A stretch of DNA of 64,000 nucleotides from Chiloscyllium plagiosum. Taxonomy: Eukaryota. How positions within the stretch are numbered: position 1 is the first letter of the stretch; the number at the start of each line of letters is the position of its first letter. Of this stretch, positions 38,617 through 51,529 are shown piece by piece. The translations under genes were made by a program, and so were the position numbers. The stretch covers positions 30,964,902-31,028,901 of the forward strand of contig NC_057718.1 in assembly GCF_004010195.1 (NCBI RefSeq), written 5' to 3'. The notes under the pieces are model-generated. The model was not told where the DNA came from. It did no database searches and saw only the letters and a program-made list of their open reading frames with translations.

Positions 38617-38974
38617 AGGAGAAAGTGAGGACTGCAGATGCTGGAGATCAGAGCTGAAAATATGTTGCTGGAAAAGCGCAACAGACCAGGCAGCATCCAA
38701 GGAGCAGTAGAATCGATGTTTTGGGCATGAGCCCTTCTTCAGGAATGAGGAGAGTGTGCCAAGCAGGCTAAGGTATAAGGTAGGGAGGAGGGACTTGGGG
38801 GGAGGGGCGTTGGAAATGCGATAGGTGGAAGGAGGTTAAGGTGAGGGTGATAGGCCGGAGTGGGGGTGGGGGTGGAGAGATCAGGAAGAAGATTGCAGGT
38901 TAGGAAGGTGATGCTGAGTTCGAGGGTTGGGACTGGGACAAGGTGGGGGCAGGGGAAATGAGGAAGCTGGAGAA
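38617..38974 (-). mobile_element. Penelope-like element 3' end (C-rich 3' region + hammerhead + tail), family A
   Basis: Family A arm with minus-strand CTGAAGA-AGGGCTCATGCCC-AAAAC-ATC (mutated core). It continues into ~230 bp whose ends are shared with 39349-39584. Confidence 0.8.
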
Positions 38975-39348
38975 CCGTCCAACAGAGACACGCAGACACT
39001 TAACTGGCAAGCATGGCTTTTCCTCACTATTGAAGACCCCAGAGGGCAAAAATACCATCTCTGACAGCTCCACAGCATTAGTTTTGCATCTAATGCCACA
39101 AGGAAAACTGCTGGTGGTAATGTTCTGAGGCCTACCAAGACGATCAATGCTGTACCCTTGCAGACAGGTGAATGGAACAGAATGGGGTTCATGTGGATGG
39201 TGTTGCCAGAGACAATGGCATCAGTTGCAAGAGCAGAGGGTTTGCCTTTCTGCAACCCCTCTTCTTGTCAAGTCCCTCAATCCAACACTAAGTGCCTATC
39301 AGGGAGGGACCTGCCCTTGAGGCTATGGGTAACCTGACAGACTTTGCT

Positions 39349-39584
39349 AGGCAAAAGTGAGGACTGCAGATGCTGGAGATCAGAGCTGAAAAATGTGTTG
39401 CTGGAAAAGCGCATCAGGTCAGGCAGCATCCAAGGAGCAGGAAAAAAAAAGAAAAAAAAAAAAGACATTTCGGGCATAAGCCCTTCTTCAGGAATGAGGA
39501 AGGTGTGCCAAACAGGTGGGGGGAGGGGAAATGAGAAAGCTGGAGAAATCTGCATTCATCCCTTGTGGTTGGAGACTTCCTAGG
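39349..39584 (-). mobile_element. Internally deleted Penelope-like 3' end with GIY-YIG C-terminus, family A
   Basis: 14-bp TSD TGACAGACTTTGCT at 39335-39348 and 39585-39598. Minus strand 39583-39536 encodes LGSLQPQGMNADFSSF. Hammerhead core CTGAAGA-AGGGCTTATGCCC-GAAAT-GTC. Confidence 0.85.
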
Positions 39585-42334
39585 TGACAGACTTTGCTGG
39601 CAAGTTCTCAGGAACAGTAGAAAATCCGTGAGAATCCTGTTAAACCCCTGGGTTACCATCAAATTCCAAGGTGATCAGGGATAATTGATGCCAGGTCGCT
39701 CATTAACAAACATCATTGATGGCCCTACACCAGTGAACAGATTCCAGGGTCGGATCATTTCTATCCCCAATTTAGTTTGGGAAATTTTTTTCCACACAGA
39801 TATCAGATCCAGATTTTTGTCGTCACCATGTCATCATGTCCACTCAATAATGTCAGACTCTGTGTGTTGTCAGTCTGCTCATGTGATTGCGTGTGTGCAC
39901 CAGTCTGTTCCTTAGGTTGTCTCTCAGTCTCTTAATGTAACTACAACCACAGTCCTTTGTAGTCTCTTTTAGTTGCTCAATTTATTAATTTTGAAGTGCT
40001 GGCGTAAAATGTTTTCTTTTTAAGAATACACGTGTTATAGGTACATTTGTGTTTCTCAGTATCTAATTTTGGATGAGTTGTATTAGTGATTGAATCACAA
40101 TATCCAAAAAGATGGAAAAGAATGGATAAAACTAGAAAGACATTTCAAAGGAAAATTTTATTGAACCACAAATAAACTCAGCCAACCTAAATGTTGTGCA
40201 TGATTCTGTGAGGTCAAAAAGCACCAGGATGTAATGTTTATCATGACCTAGCATTTGCAAATGATCCAGAAAATAGAAATCTGAATATCTCAGAGGTGTA
40301 TAGAAGACTGGAACCCAGTATTTAGCTTCAAAATTATTAAGTTAAACAAGGTTATGACTAAAGCGAATGGATTGCTGGATTTTTGCCAGCAACATTTCAA
40401 TAAGGGAGAGGTGGAATACTGAACCTTTCATTTTATAATGCTGACTCCGCTGTATTAAGTCAAAAAAACAACCTCATATAAAACAAATTTAACTCAAAGT
40501 GGATTAAGAATTACATGAAAAACTGGGGAAAAGAAAGGACATTAACCTGCCGAAAGAAGATGGGGGTAAGTTATTACTGGAATGACAACTTTAAAAATGC
40601 AGAAGCAAGTTAAAATTGTACCCAAAGAGGCAAAGGAAGATCTACAGAGAACACTGAATTAGATGCCAAGCATAACAGTAGAATAATTCTTCTAGTGTTA
40701 TAACACAAAGATAGACAAAAATGAAATGAAAGCCATTTTAAAAAGTTGTGCTGTCATTCCAATTCAACACTGATTGTGGAACGGAAGGGGTATGTTTGAC
40801 CAATCTTCTTGACTCCCTTAAGGAAGTATCTCCCATGAGAACTGTAAAAGTAATAGAAAATAGCAGAATGTAAACTTTCAAACAGCATTTAAAGAAAGAA
40901 ACTCTATTGGTAAAACTTAGACAGCACAGGATTTCAGCAGTTGATTACAGGTATGGTCAAAACGCTTGCATCTAGAGAATGCAGCACTTCCTTGACATCA
41001 TTTAGAACAAATCAAACTAGCTGAACATTGGCATCTGTGACAGGGAGTAACCCCTTGAGGAGTTGAAGAATTATTCACTTGACTCTTCAATCTGAAGATA
41101 ATTCAAATGCTTCCACTTGGTTAGGCCTTTGCCACTGTTGAGGATAGGGGTGTTCATGAAGCTTCATCTTCCTTCTGCTCGATATCCATCACCATTTATG
41201 ACGATTGAGGTAGGATTGCAGAACAAAGACCCAATCCATTGATTGTGAAATCATTGAGTGCTTCTTTTGCTTTCTGACATTCTCTGTGCAGCTGTTACAA
41301 CTTCTAAATAATTCAACATCAGAAGAAAATGGATGAATCCACTGTCTTTGTTCTTCTTGTTAGGATTTAATCTTGTGGTCCACAGATACCTCTCTGAATG
41401 CACAAAACTACATTGCCACAGTATGCAGTGCAGTTCATAGGTGTCATCACAACTCAGCTGTTTGTGGTACTCCACACATCTCAGAATAGCATTCTTGGTA
41501 TAACAGTACAGAAAGTGAAATGGTCTGTGTCACAGCGAGACAGAAATCTTGTTAATTATGAGTGGTTAGCTGGATTGATATTTGAAAATGTCAAAATGAG
41601 AATTAGCACCGCAATTTACTTTTAACAGTCTTAAATCCTACAGCAAATTAAGTGATTTGTTTTTCCATTTTCAAAAGCAATTGCTCATTTTCTCTCTTTA
41701 TTACTGTTCTCATTTATTGAAAGCTTGTCATCCTTCCGGGGAGCTGATTATCATGTGTGGTCATTTATCATCCTCATCGGATTTCCACATTTGCACCTTT
41801 TCCAACAAGGGTCATTTCAGGACTGTTAATTTTCCCATTCAGAGGCTAGTGGTGGCTAGGCAAATTGCAGCTCCCTACTGCCACTCCAACTGAGATCAAT
41901 TTCTGGTCCATACAGGTCAATTACAAAATGATTTTAACAATGAGACTCAGTAAAGAGCTACCTTATGGAAACAGAATTTAGTATGCAGGTTCCATCTTTT
42001 AAAAGCATGTCCAGACTGGAGAAGAAATATGAAAACAAGTTAACATTTCGTATAGGGAGAAGTAAACAAAAACAAGGTGCATCAGAATCTTTAGCTCTAT
42101 AGCTTGATACATATCCATGACAATCAGGACTTAATTGAAACGGTAGGTCAATTGTTCATCTCTACTAAACATTGGTAGAACCTTACCTAAATGATTTTTG
42201 CATATAATTTAATTTGCTGTCAGATTAAATCAGTAAAATGTTTACCTCAAATTTTGATTTGATGACTTAGTCAATGATAATCCTCATGATGTGTTTTGGA
42301 TTACATTGATCAAAGGGGCTATATTTTATTGTAT

Positions 42335-42500
42335 AGAAAATGTTGGAAATATGCAGCAGGTCATGTGTGGAGAGATATTCAGATTAGCATTTTACCTTAA
42401 TGACCTTTCAACATCTCTCTCCAGTCTTTATGGATGCTGACAATGATGCCAAATATAGACAACGTTTTCATTTTTTTCTAGATTTCTAGCATCCAACAGC
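42335..42500. mobile_element. Very decayed palindromic PLE end element
   Basis: Faint AAATGTTGGAAATATGCAGCAGGTCA arm and a tail-like AGATTTCTAGCATC. Confidence 0.4.
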
Positions 42501-43309
42501 AATGGCTTCTGTATTAGATTGTATTTGGAACTGTACCTCCTTAATCATTTTAATTGCTTTATGAAAGAGTGTGATTGATTTTGCATTTGAGATTATATGG
42601 ATGGGTGAGAATACAAATCCATCTATGGGTCAAGTTTTGTGACCAGCAGTGAAGACACAATGTTTACTGTTTAATGTTGAATAAAATGATTAACAAATTT
42701 TTAGAAGAAGTCATGTGCAGTCTTCCTCTATTCTGACATTAGTTTGAACTTGGCCATTTCTATCAGGGATCTGTGATGTCCAGCAGGCAACAGGCAGGCT
42801 AAACAACCAGCCAGATGGAAGAATTCTCACAGACAGCCATGTGAAAAGCAAAAAGCTAGGAATTATAAATCACATTTAACTCATTGCACAGGAATGAAAT
42901 AAAGATCAGGGTACACATGCGGGATCAAAGGAGAAATTTAATTTTCAATTAAACTGTAAAACTAGAAAGAAAATATATTGCCTTTTGTTTTAAAATCTGC
43001 AATCTTTGAATCTACTCAGGGAATAATTTTTCATGCTTGTAATTCTTTTTTCATAGATGGAAAGATTATTCCACAGCAATTATCATTTAGTATGTATGCC
43101 ACTAAATATTCAATTACTTCTAATTGAACACAGTTTAACTATTTTTGGCAGCCTACTTTAATTTGGTCTTTGCAGTGAAAATCATGTTTATTTAGTTTAA
43201 GTTCATGACAAATCAATGATTTCAAACTTGCCTCCATCTTTGAAGACTGCAACAACACACCTTATGAAAGTTAAGGGAATACTGATACCAATTTACGGAT
43301 CTCTGTGAT

Positions 43310-43500
43310 TTTTTTCCACTCATGGGATGTGTGCACCACTGGCTAGCCAGCATTTATTGCCCATTCCTTGTTTCCTTTAAACTGAGTGGTCTTACTAGAT
43401 CCTTTCAGAGGGCAGTTGAGATCCAACCAAATTGCTGTGGGTCAGAGTCGCTTGTTGACTAAACCCAATGAGGATGGCAGATTTCCTTCCCTCAAGGTCA
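43310..43500 (-). mobile_element. Reverse fragment of the family seen at 53120-54088
   Basis: CATGGGATGTGTGCACCACTGGCTAGCCAGCATTTATT is the inverse of the end of the 53120-54088 element. Confidence 0.55.
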
Positions 43501-43504
43501 GATT

Positions 43505-45003
43505 CATAGAGTCATAGAGATGTACAGCATGGAAACAGACCCTTTGGTCCAACCCGTCCATGCCGACCAGATATCCCAACCCAATCTAGTCCGACCTGCC
43601 AGCACTGGCCCCTATCCCTCCAAACCCTTCCTATTCAAGACCCATCCAAATGCTGTTTAAATGTTGCAATTGTACCAGCCTCCACCACATCCTCTGGCAG
43701 CTCATTCCATACACGTACCACCCTCTGCATGAAAAAGTTGCCGCTTAGGTCTCTTTTATATCTTTCCCCTCTCACTCTAAATCTATGCCCTCTAGTTCTG
43801 GACTCCCCGACCCCTGGGAAAAGACTTTGCCTATTTACTCTATCCATACCCCTCATAATTTTGTAAATGTCTATAAGGTCACCCTTAAACTCCATCTGCC
43901 ACTTCTCAGCCCATTGGCCCATCTGGTCAAGATCCTGTTGTAATCTGAGGTAACCCTCTTCGCTGTCCACTACACCTCCAATTTTGGTGTCATCTGCAAA
44001 CTTATTAACTGTACCTCTTATGCTCACATCCAAATCATTTATGTGAATGACAAAACGTAGAGGACCCAGCACCGATCCTTGTGGCACTCCACTGGCCTCA
44101 GACCTCCAGTCTGAAAAACAACCCTCCACCACCACCCTCTGTCTTCTACCTTTGAGCCATTCTGTATCCAAATGGCTACTTCTCCCAGTGTTCCATGAGA
44201 TCTAACCTTGCTAATCAGTCTCCCATGGGGAAGCTTGTTGAACATCATACTGATCACATCTGCTGCTCTTCCCTCATCAATCCTCTGTTATTTCTTCAAA
44301 AAACTCAATCAAGTTTGTGAGACATGATTTCCCATGCACAAAGCCATGATGACTATCCCTAATCAGTCCTTGCCTTTCCAAATACACGTACATCCAGTCC
44401 CTTAGGATTCCCTCCAACAACTTGCCCACCACCGAGGTTAGGCTCACTGGTCTATAGTTCCCTGGCCTGTCCTTACTGCCCTTCTTAAACAGTGGCACCA
44501 CATTTGCCAACCTCCAGTCTTCTGGCACCGGGCCCTATTCTCACCCTAGTTACCCTTTTGTCCTTAATGTATTTGTAAAAACCCTTTGGATTCTCCTTAA
44601 TTCTATTTGCCAAAGCTATCTCATGTCCCCTTTTTGCCTTCCTGATTTCCCTCTTAAGTATACTCCTACTGCTTTTATACTCTAAGGATTCACTCGATCT
44701 ATCCTGTCTACACCTGACATATGCCTTCTTTTTCTTAACCAAACCCTCAATTTCTTTAGTCATCCAGCATTCCCTATACCTATCAGCCTTTCCTTTACCT
44801 GACAGGAATACTTTTTCTGGATTCTCGTTATGTCATTTCTGAAGGCTTCCCATTTTCCAGCCATCCCTTTACCTATGAACATCTGCCTCCAATCATCTTT
44901 CGAAAGTTCTTGCCTAATACTGTCAAAATTGGCCTTTCTCCAATTTAGAACTTCAACTTTTAGATCTGCTCTATCCTTTTCCATCCCTATTTTAAGACTA
45001 ATA
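43505..45003 (-). mobile_element. CR1/HER1-type LINE fragment with two internal deletions
   Basis: Highly similar to 26077-28300 but lacks roughly 420 bp at ~43885 and roughly 300 bp at ~44529. Retains GVPQGSVLGP, KFADD and PGNYRPVSLTS. Confidence 0.93.
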
Positions 45004-45154
45004 GACATTCAATAAACATACATGGTTGCTCAACCTTATCACTACCACAAATTCCTGGCCTGAAAATATATGTCAATATTTATGAGAGTGTGATTCTATC
45101 TCTGAGAAGCTTTGTTGATTTTCAGTTAGCTCAATGTTTGATAGCCCAAAGCCG

Positions 45155-45910
45155 ATATAGAAATATAGAAGATAGGAGAAGGAGAAGGTCATTCAGCCCT
45201 TTGAGCCTGTTATGCCATTCATCACGATCTTGGCTGATTGCCCACCTCAATAGCCTAATCCTGCTTTCTCCCCATAACTTTGATCTCATTCACCCAGAGT
45301 GTTATATCTAGCCGTGTCTTAAATAGATTCAATGTTTTGGCATCAACTATTTCCTGTGGTAATGAATTCCAAAGGCTCACCACTCTTTGGGTGAAGAAAT
45401 GTCTCCTCATCTCCATCCTAAATGGTCTACCCAGAATCCTCAGACTGTGACCCCTGGTTCAGGACACACTCACCTTTGGGAATATCCTCCCTCCATCTAA
45501 ACGATCTAGTCCTGTCAGAATTTTATAAGTCTCTATGAGGTCCCCCCTCATTCATCTGAACTCCAGGGAAAACAATCCTAACCTAGTCAATCTCTCCCCT
45601 TACGTCAGTCCTACCATCCCCAGAATCAGCCTGGTAAATGTTTGCTGCACTCCTTCAGGATCAAGGGCATCCTTCCTCAGGAAAGGAGACCAAAACAGCA
45701 CACAATATTCCAGGCATAGTCTCACCAAGACCCTGTATAACTGCAACAACACATCCTGGCTCCTGTATGCAAAACTTCCCGTAATGAAGGCCAAGATACC
45801 ATTTGCCTCCTTTACCACCTGCTGCACCTGCATGCTTACCTTCAGCGACTGATGCACAAAGACACCCAGGTCCCACTGCACACTCCCCAATTTATCACCA
45901 TTCAGGTTGT
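45155..45910 (-). mobile_element. CR1-type LINE 3' fragment (another subfamily)
   Basis: DLGVFVHQSLKV...LYRVLVRLCLEYCVLFWSP, with a tail at ~45155. Confidence 0.85.
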
Positions 45911-46367
45911 AATCAGATATAACATGCCTCCTGCTTTTTTCTTAATTCACTTAATGTGATCTAAGATCCAAACCTCTCAGTATTTTAAACATACATGTTA
46001 ACTTTGCGATTGTAAATGTGAAATTAGAATTTACCATTTTCAATCCTGTCAACATATCTGAGATTGACATAATATAAAGTCATGCACACATTGACAATGA
46101 ATGAAATTTATGAATTTACTTTGGTTAGGCTCAGTGGACTGATGTTGCAAATTTATTTGCATACATATTGTACCTGCAATAGTTTGCATGGGTCATGATA
46201 TCACATGTGCAGGGACTAAGAAATAATGTTACTGTATGTTCATGTCATTATGTATATGAGTGTTTTGGGATTGTGGGAGTGTCATTGCAAGGATCAGTTT
46301 GTTTTGTAGAGTTATTTTGTAATTTTGCATTTTAATTGTGTTCATATGTGAATGTTATGTGATCGTA

Positions 46368-46628
46368 CTGCCTGTGTGGAATTTGTGCATTCTCCTCATG
46401 ACTGCGTGGATTTCCTTTGGTTGCTCTGGCTTTCTCCCACAGTCCAAAAATGTGCAAGTTATGAAGCTTAGTTGTGGGAAATGCAGGGTTACAGGGATAG
46501 AATGGGGGTGGGTCTGGTGGGATGCTCTCTGGTGGTTTGGTGTGGACTGGTCTGGTGGGATGCTCTTTGGAGGGTTTGTGTGGACTTGAATGGCAAAATG
46601 ACCTGCTTCCACACTGTAGGGATTCTAT
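46368..46628 (+). mobile_element. 5'-truncated HE1/V-SINE-like SINE with a 38-bp internal tandem duplication
   Basis: CTCCCACAGTCCAAAAATGTGCA central domain. GGTCTGGTGGGATGCTCT...GTGTGGACT is repeated at 46511 and 46549. Confidence 0.75.
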
Positions 46629-46887
46629 GTAATTGAGTTTTCATTGATATGCTCAAATGCATATGCTCATGCGAAAGTTTCTGTTGGAATCTGAGCTTGC
46701 TGTATATGAGTTTTGATGCATAGGTTTGTGTTCATATATGAAATTGTATTAATGAGTGTGTTTATTCTATTGAAACAGTCATGGGATTCTGTTGGTTTGT
46801 GATTGTAAGTAAAATTATGTGCATGAATTTTAGATCATATGTGATGAGGTATGATTTTATGATCATTTATTATATGAAACATAGACC

Positions 46888-46978
46888 TAAGTTGCTGGAA
46901 AAACTCCACAGGTCTGGCCGTTTCTGGAGAGAAAGCAGAGTCAACCTTTTAGAAGCAGAGACCCTTCTTCAGAACTGA
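46888..46978 (-). mobile_element. Single-arm PLE end element, family B
   Basis: TTGCTGGAAAAACTCCACAGGTCTGGC...GACCCTTCTTCAGAACT matches the family B arm. Confidence 0.65.
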
Positions 46979-48276
46979 AGAGTCAGATTTTCAGCACTCA
47001 GTTATTATACTTTTAGATTGTATGCATACAATTAAGTATCATCATGTATCTATGGGTTCATCATATATGATACTAAACGTATGCTTTGCAGTCATATGAG
47101 AATGTATGTGTGCTTTGTGATCATATCATCATAAATAAAGACATTTATGTATGTTATTGTATGTTTGTAATTGTGGTGTAAGAGATTGCAAGTATTCGTC
47201 TTATTGCTACGCACCAATGTATAACTGTGTCCAAAAATCTCTGTTGATGTATGTTATTGTGGAATTAAAACAAGGAAATACTCAGCAGACCTGTGTGGCA
47301 AGAGAAATATTTAATGTCGCTAAACTTCCATCGGAAAACCAATCTGGGTAGTTGTGTCAGTTGTCGATGGTAAATAAAGAAAAGTGCGGGATCTGAATGC
47401 AGTCGATGAGTGTGTTTCCGGATTGGTTTTGGTGCATTTGACAGTCTGAACGCGGTTAGACTGTCCGAGAATACATTGACGTTTTATAAATAATTTTGTG
47501 TTAACGAGAATGTTTACTCCAGTCTTAACTGGAGTTTAATTTCTGACCGTGTTTGTAAGAAAGAACGAGGCGGATTTTACCCGTCTGATAGTATCCCAAA
47601 GCGCAGACCCTTTACTCTAATCCGGTCGATTTGACCTTAGGGCTTTGTAATTTGCTGCTGCTCACCCCCCCCCCCCCTCCCTCGACTGAGAAACCGAGGT
47701 CGCCTCTTCTAACGGCGCTGTTTTTCCGCACCACCTACCGGGAAGGGGAGGGTGGGAACAAATCAGGAAACAAGTTAAGAAACTGAGTGTTCCTGTAAAT
47801 AATCTTTGACGTCTCAACAAAGACGCCATTGGATAAGAGTTTATTAGCAAGCCACCATGAAAACAGATGTCACGTTAACTTTTCCTCGCGGATATAGTGA
47901 CATCTCTCAGAATAAATCGGCGATTGTCTGCAAACACTCTGAGCCATTGCTCCTCTTTAAGGAAATTCGCCCCCACGATCTCACTCATTCCCAGCAGCTC
48001 GACTACACCGAGTCTGTAATCCCCTGATCCACAAGCACAATACGACGGATCGTCGCTAGCACTTGGAACTGAGGGCAGGGAAGTTAGGGAAACACACACA
48101 CAAATTACCGCGTACCTGGTTCGAGTAAAGTCAGGGGGAGGGCCGCCCGCCCGATGCAACAGGATGGGCTTTAGAAGGCATCTCTCCCAGCTCCTGGGAC
48201 AATATAAACATATCCAGGGGTCGGCCGCAAACCGACGGACAGCACAACTGTACAGAGGAACAACAGAAGTGGCAGC

Positions 48277-48342
48277 GTCGATTTCGAAGCTCCTTGGATG
48301 CTGCCTGAACTGCTGTGCTCTTCCAGCACCGCTAATCCAGAA
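48277..48342 (+). mobile_element. Short PLE end fragment, family A
   Basis: GTCGATTTCGAAGCTCCTTGGATGCTGCCTGAACTGCTGTGCTCTTCCAGCACCGCTAATCCAGAA. It begins at the predicted GUC cleavage triplet. Confidence 0.75.
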
Positions 48343-48580
48343 GCTACATATCTCAGTCAAGATTCAGGGGAAGGCTTGGATTCTCTCAAGATCGCTACGG
48401 TTTTGTAAAATGTGTTTAATGAGGACTTAAATAATGTACAGGCGTTTATGCTGACAACTGAACTGTTCGAAATATGAACTACAGTGAAAATACCCCCACA
48501 AACGTCACTGAAATTAATATCGTTTTGATTGGATTGTATTTGCATAGACCGAGACTAAACCACAGTCAAATGGGTATGTA

Positions 48581-48847
48581 TTAGATTTCTTGGAAACAGG
48601 CCCTTCGGCCCAACAAGTCCACACCGACCCTCCGAAGAGTAACCCACCCAGTTCCATTTCCATCTGACTAATGCACCTAACACTACGGGCAATTTATCAT
48701 GGCCAATTCACCTGACTTGCACATCTTTGGACTGTGGGAGGAAACCCACGCGGACATGGGGAGAATGTGCAAACTCCACACAGACAGTCGCCCGAGGCGG
48801 GAATCGAACCTGGGACCCGAGTGCTGTGAGGCAGCTGTGCTAACCGC
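48581..48847 (-). mobile_element. tRNA-derived SINE (HE1/V-SINE-like), CpG-preserved copy
   Basis: Minus strand GGTTAGCACAGCTGCCTCACAGCAC...GGTTCGATTCCC (B box)...CCACAGTCCAAAGATGTGCAAGTCAGG...GGGCCGAAGGGCCTGTTTCCA. Confidence 0.88.
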
Positions 48848-50428
48848 GCCCATATAAGACAAGTTGCAACATTTAACTCTAAAGCACTCCGTATCAAAAG
48901 CTTATTTCGCTGCATTTGTCTGATGTGTCTTAAAACAATATCAGCAGTTAAATACTGGTGACCTGTCCAGGGGATTCCTTCTTCACAGCCAGATATTCTA
49001 ACCTCTCTCTCTCACTTTCTCTCCGGGTGAATTAAACTAAACAGTTGCGTTATCTTATTGCTTTCTTGCTGAGGGTTTCATTTCCAGAGACTGAGTAGGA
49101 AATACATTTCATGAAATAGTTGACTGTAGCCAGGCGTCGGAGAAAAGTCACAGCCTGGACATGTACTTGCACCCGACCATTGAAAGGGACGGGGCTGGAC
49201 CTTATCCAGATTCTTACTGTACTCAAATAAACATAAATGTAAACACCCACGTGAAACCCAATCTTTATCTCATTCGGGGACCAACTCTTTTTCACCTAAA
49301 GCATCACATCTGGTGAAATGAATAGAGTGGGAGCCCTTAGACTGAAAGGTGCGCCTGTCACTCTCTCTCGATAAAACCAGAGAGAATTTTGACTTCCACC
49401 TTGCCTGCTCGTGTTCCTGTAATATATTGCTTCGACATGGCCAAGTGACCAGGAGCACAGATGGACAGATGTTTTCAGCCTGTCCTGGGCTCTATCCCTG
49501 CTGTTTACTGCAGAAAGGGATCAGATTCATCGCTGATTAGTTTCCAATGGTTTTGCTCCAACCGAAAGTAACAGTCACTACACCAACTATTCACGCGTGC
49601 CACCAGTAAAGGCGAACTGCCAGTGAAAAGCCTTTCATATGATCTACCACATATCCATCAATCTACATAGACAGCTGAATAAACATTGAAACATTACGGC
49701 AGCTGCACTGATCTCTCGCAATATCCTCTCTCTGGCGATACAAACATGTACAGTGTACTTGTACCTGGTAATCTACTGACGCCCCTTTTAACTGAACCCA
49801 ATATGAGGACAACATGGAAGATCGAGATCTAGATTCGAGGACACCTTTCAAATGAGAAAGAACGACTGAAGTCAGGGGAGTGATTGTCCAGTTGACAGTG
49901 CTCAGCGAGCATTCCAAAGTAAATTAATATTCAAATGAGTAGTGTTTCTTTTCCAATACGAGTTTACAGGTTACTAAATCATATTTATTGCGGCTGTGGT
50001 CGACCGGCTATGAAATAGTGCGGATTTACCCAGACAGTTCCTGAACCGTGCTAACCCTGCACTGAGCGGTCAGACTCCGCTCGAAGCAAAGATTCTTACA
50101 TAAGGCTGCTTGTTAAACAAAAAAAAACAGCCTTCTGCAAACGGTACAGATATTCTTCAGATATTCATATAAAGTGATATACATAGTCTTGGCTTTGTAT
50201 ATAGAGCAGAATCGTCAGTTTAAATCGTGAGCTGAGCAAAGGTCGATTTAAGGGGAGGACGATCATTTTGTGAACACTTTCAAAACATAAGGGAAAGGGA
50301 TTGAATGTACAACTGGGGTGCCTAAGAACACCAAGCGACTCTGACACTGACTACCTGTACATAGCGAAACCTTTCCCTGAGCGTCTCAGACCGAGAATGG
50401 TGTGAGCAGGTTCCACACTGCTCTCAGG

Positions 50429-50855
50429 ATTAAAAAAAACACACACCAGGTTAGAGTCCAACAGGTATGTTTGGAAGCACTAGCTTTCGGAGCGCTGCTC
50501 CTTCATTAGATGGTTATGGAGTATAAGATCATTATACAGAATTTATAGGAAAGGTTTATAGTGTGATGCAACTAAAGTTATATATTGAAAAAGATATATA
50601 TATCCCACAACCAACTGTGGAAGGAGCAGCGCTCAAAAAGCTTCCAAATAAACCTGTTGGACTATAACCTGGTGATTTTTAACTGCTGTGCTCTTCCAGC
50701 ACCACTAATCCAGAATCTGATTTTTAAACTTTGCACACCCCAGTCCAACACCGGCATCTCCAAGGTAAAAACTGACTGCAGATGCTGGAAACCAGACTCT
50801 GGATTAGTGGTGCTGGAAGAGCACAGCAGTTCAGGCAACCGGCATCTCCAAATCA
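50429..50855. mobile_element. Palindromic hammerhead-bearing PLE end element, family C, with two nested family A fragments
   Basis: Inverted arms (CACCAGGTTAGAGTCCAACAGG / CCTGTTGGACTATAACCTGGTG). 10-bp TSD TGCTCTCAGG at 50419-50428 and 50856-50865. Minus strand reads CAT-CTAATGA-AGGAGCAGCGCTCC-GAAAG-CTA-GTG. Confidence 0.8.
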
Positions 50856-51529
50856 TGCTCTCAGGGTGGTTTCTCCAGAGACTGTAGGAGAAAGGACACT
50901 CATCGCTCGCCATCAGATTACTCAAACTTCTGGCAGTAAAATGCATCCTCCCCCACCCAGCCGCCAAGATGTGAACCGCAGGAAGCCATCCAGTGAACGC
51001 CAGTGTTATGACGCTGTTGCGTACTGTTATCCAGTTTCTCAATTCCGCTGGCTGATCTCACAGATATTCCCAGTGCTTAGCCTGATCCGCCAAGTCGCCC
51101 ATTGCTGTATGCTACTGGTTAATGTTCACGTACTGTTCGCCCCAGTTGCATGGGGTTGAGTGGTTGCGGGGTGGGGGCGTGGAAGGACAGTGACTCTCTA
51201 CAGGAACCCATCCGCTCTCCTCTCCCTCACGCAGAGTGTTTACAATTGGCAATTTACAGAAAACATTCCCGGCCTCCATCCAACCACACAATTCCCCCCC
51301 ACCCTAACAAGCACATACCTATGGATGGATAGAGGGGTGGTCACATGTGAACACACTGCTTTGGTTAGATTTAAAGTTTTAAGAGAGCCAGGGATAGTGA
51401 AAACGTGACTAACTTGTCATACCTTCCCTTTCCCGCGAATTTAAAACGTAATAATGTCGCTGATAGCCTTTAAGGTAGTGAAAATGATCTCAAATTACCC
51501 CTCCTGAGTAGCTAGCTCCGGCAGTACGG

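Noticed and set aside
47875..48360. 161-aa minus-strand ORF
   Set aside because: It begins in a PLE fragment and runs through GC-rich island sequence, with no protein motifs.
48581..48847. tRNA gene
   Set aside because: The A/B-box-like head continues into a SINE body and LINE-like tail, with several dispersed relatives in the window.
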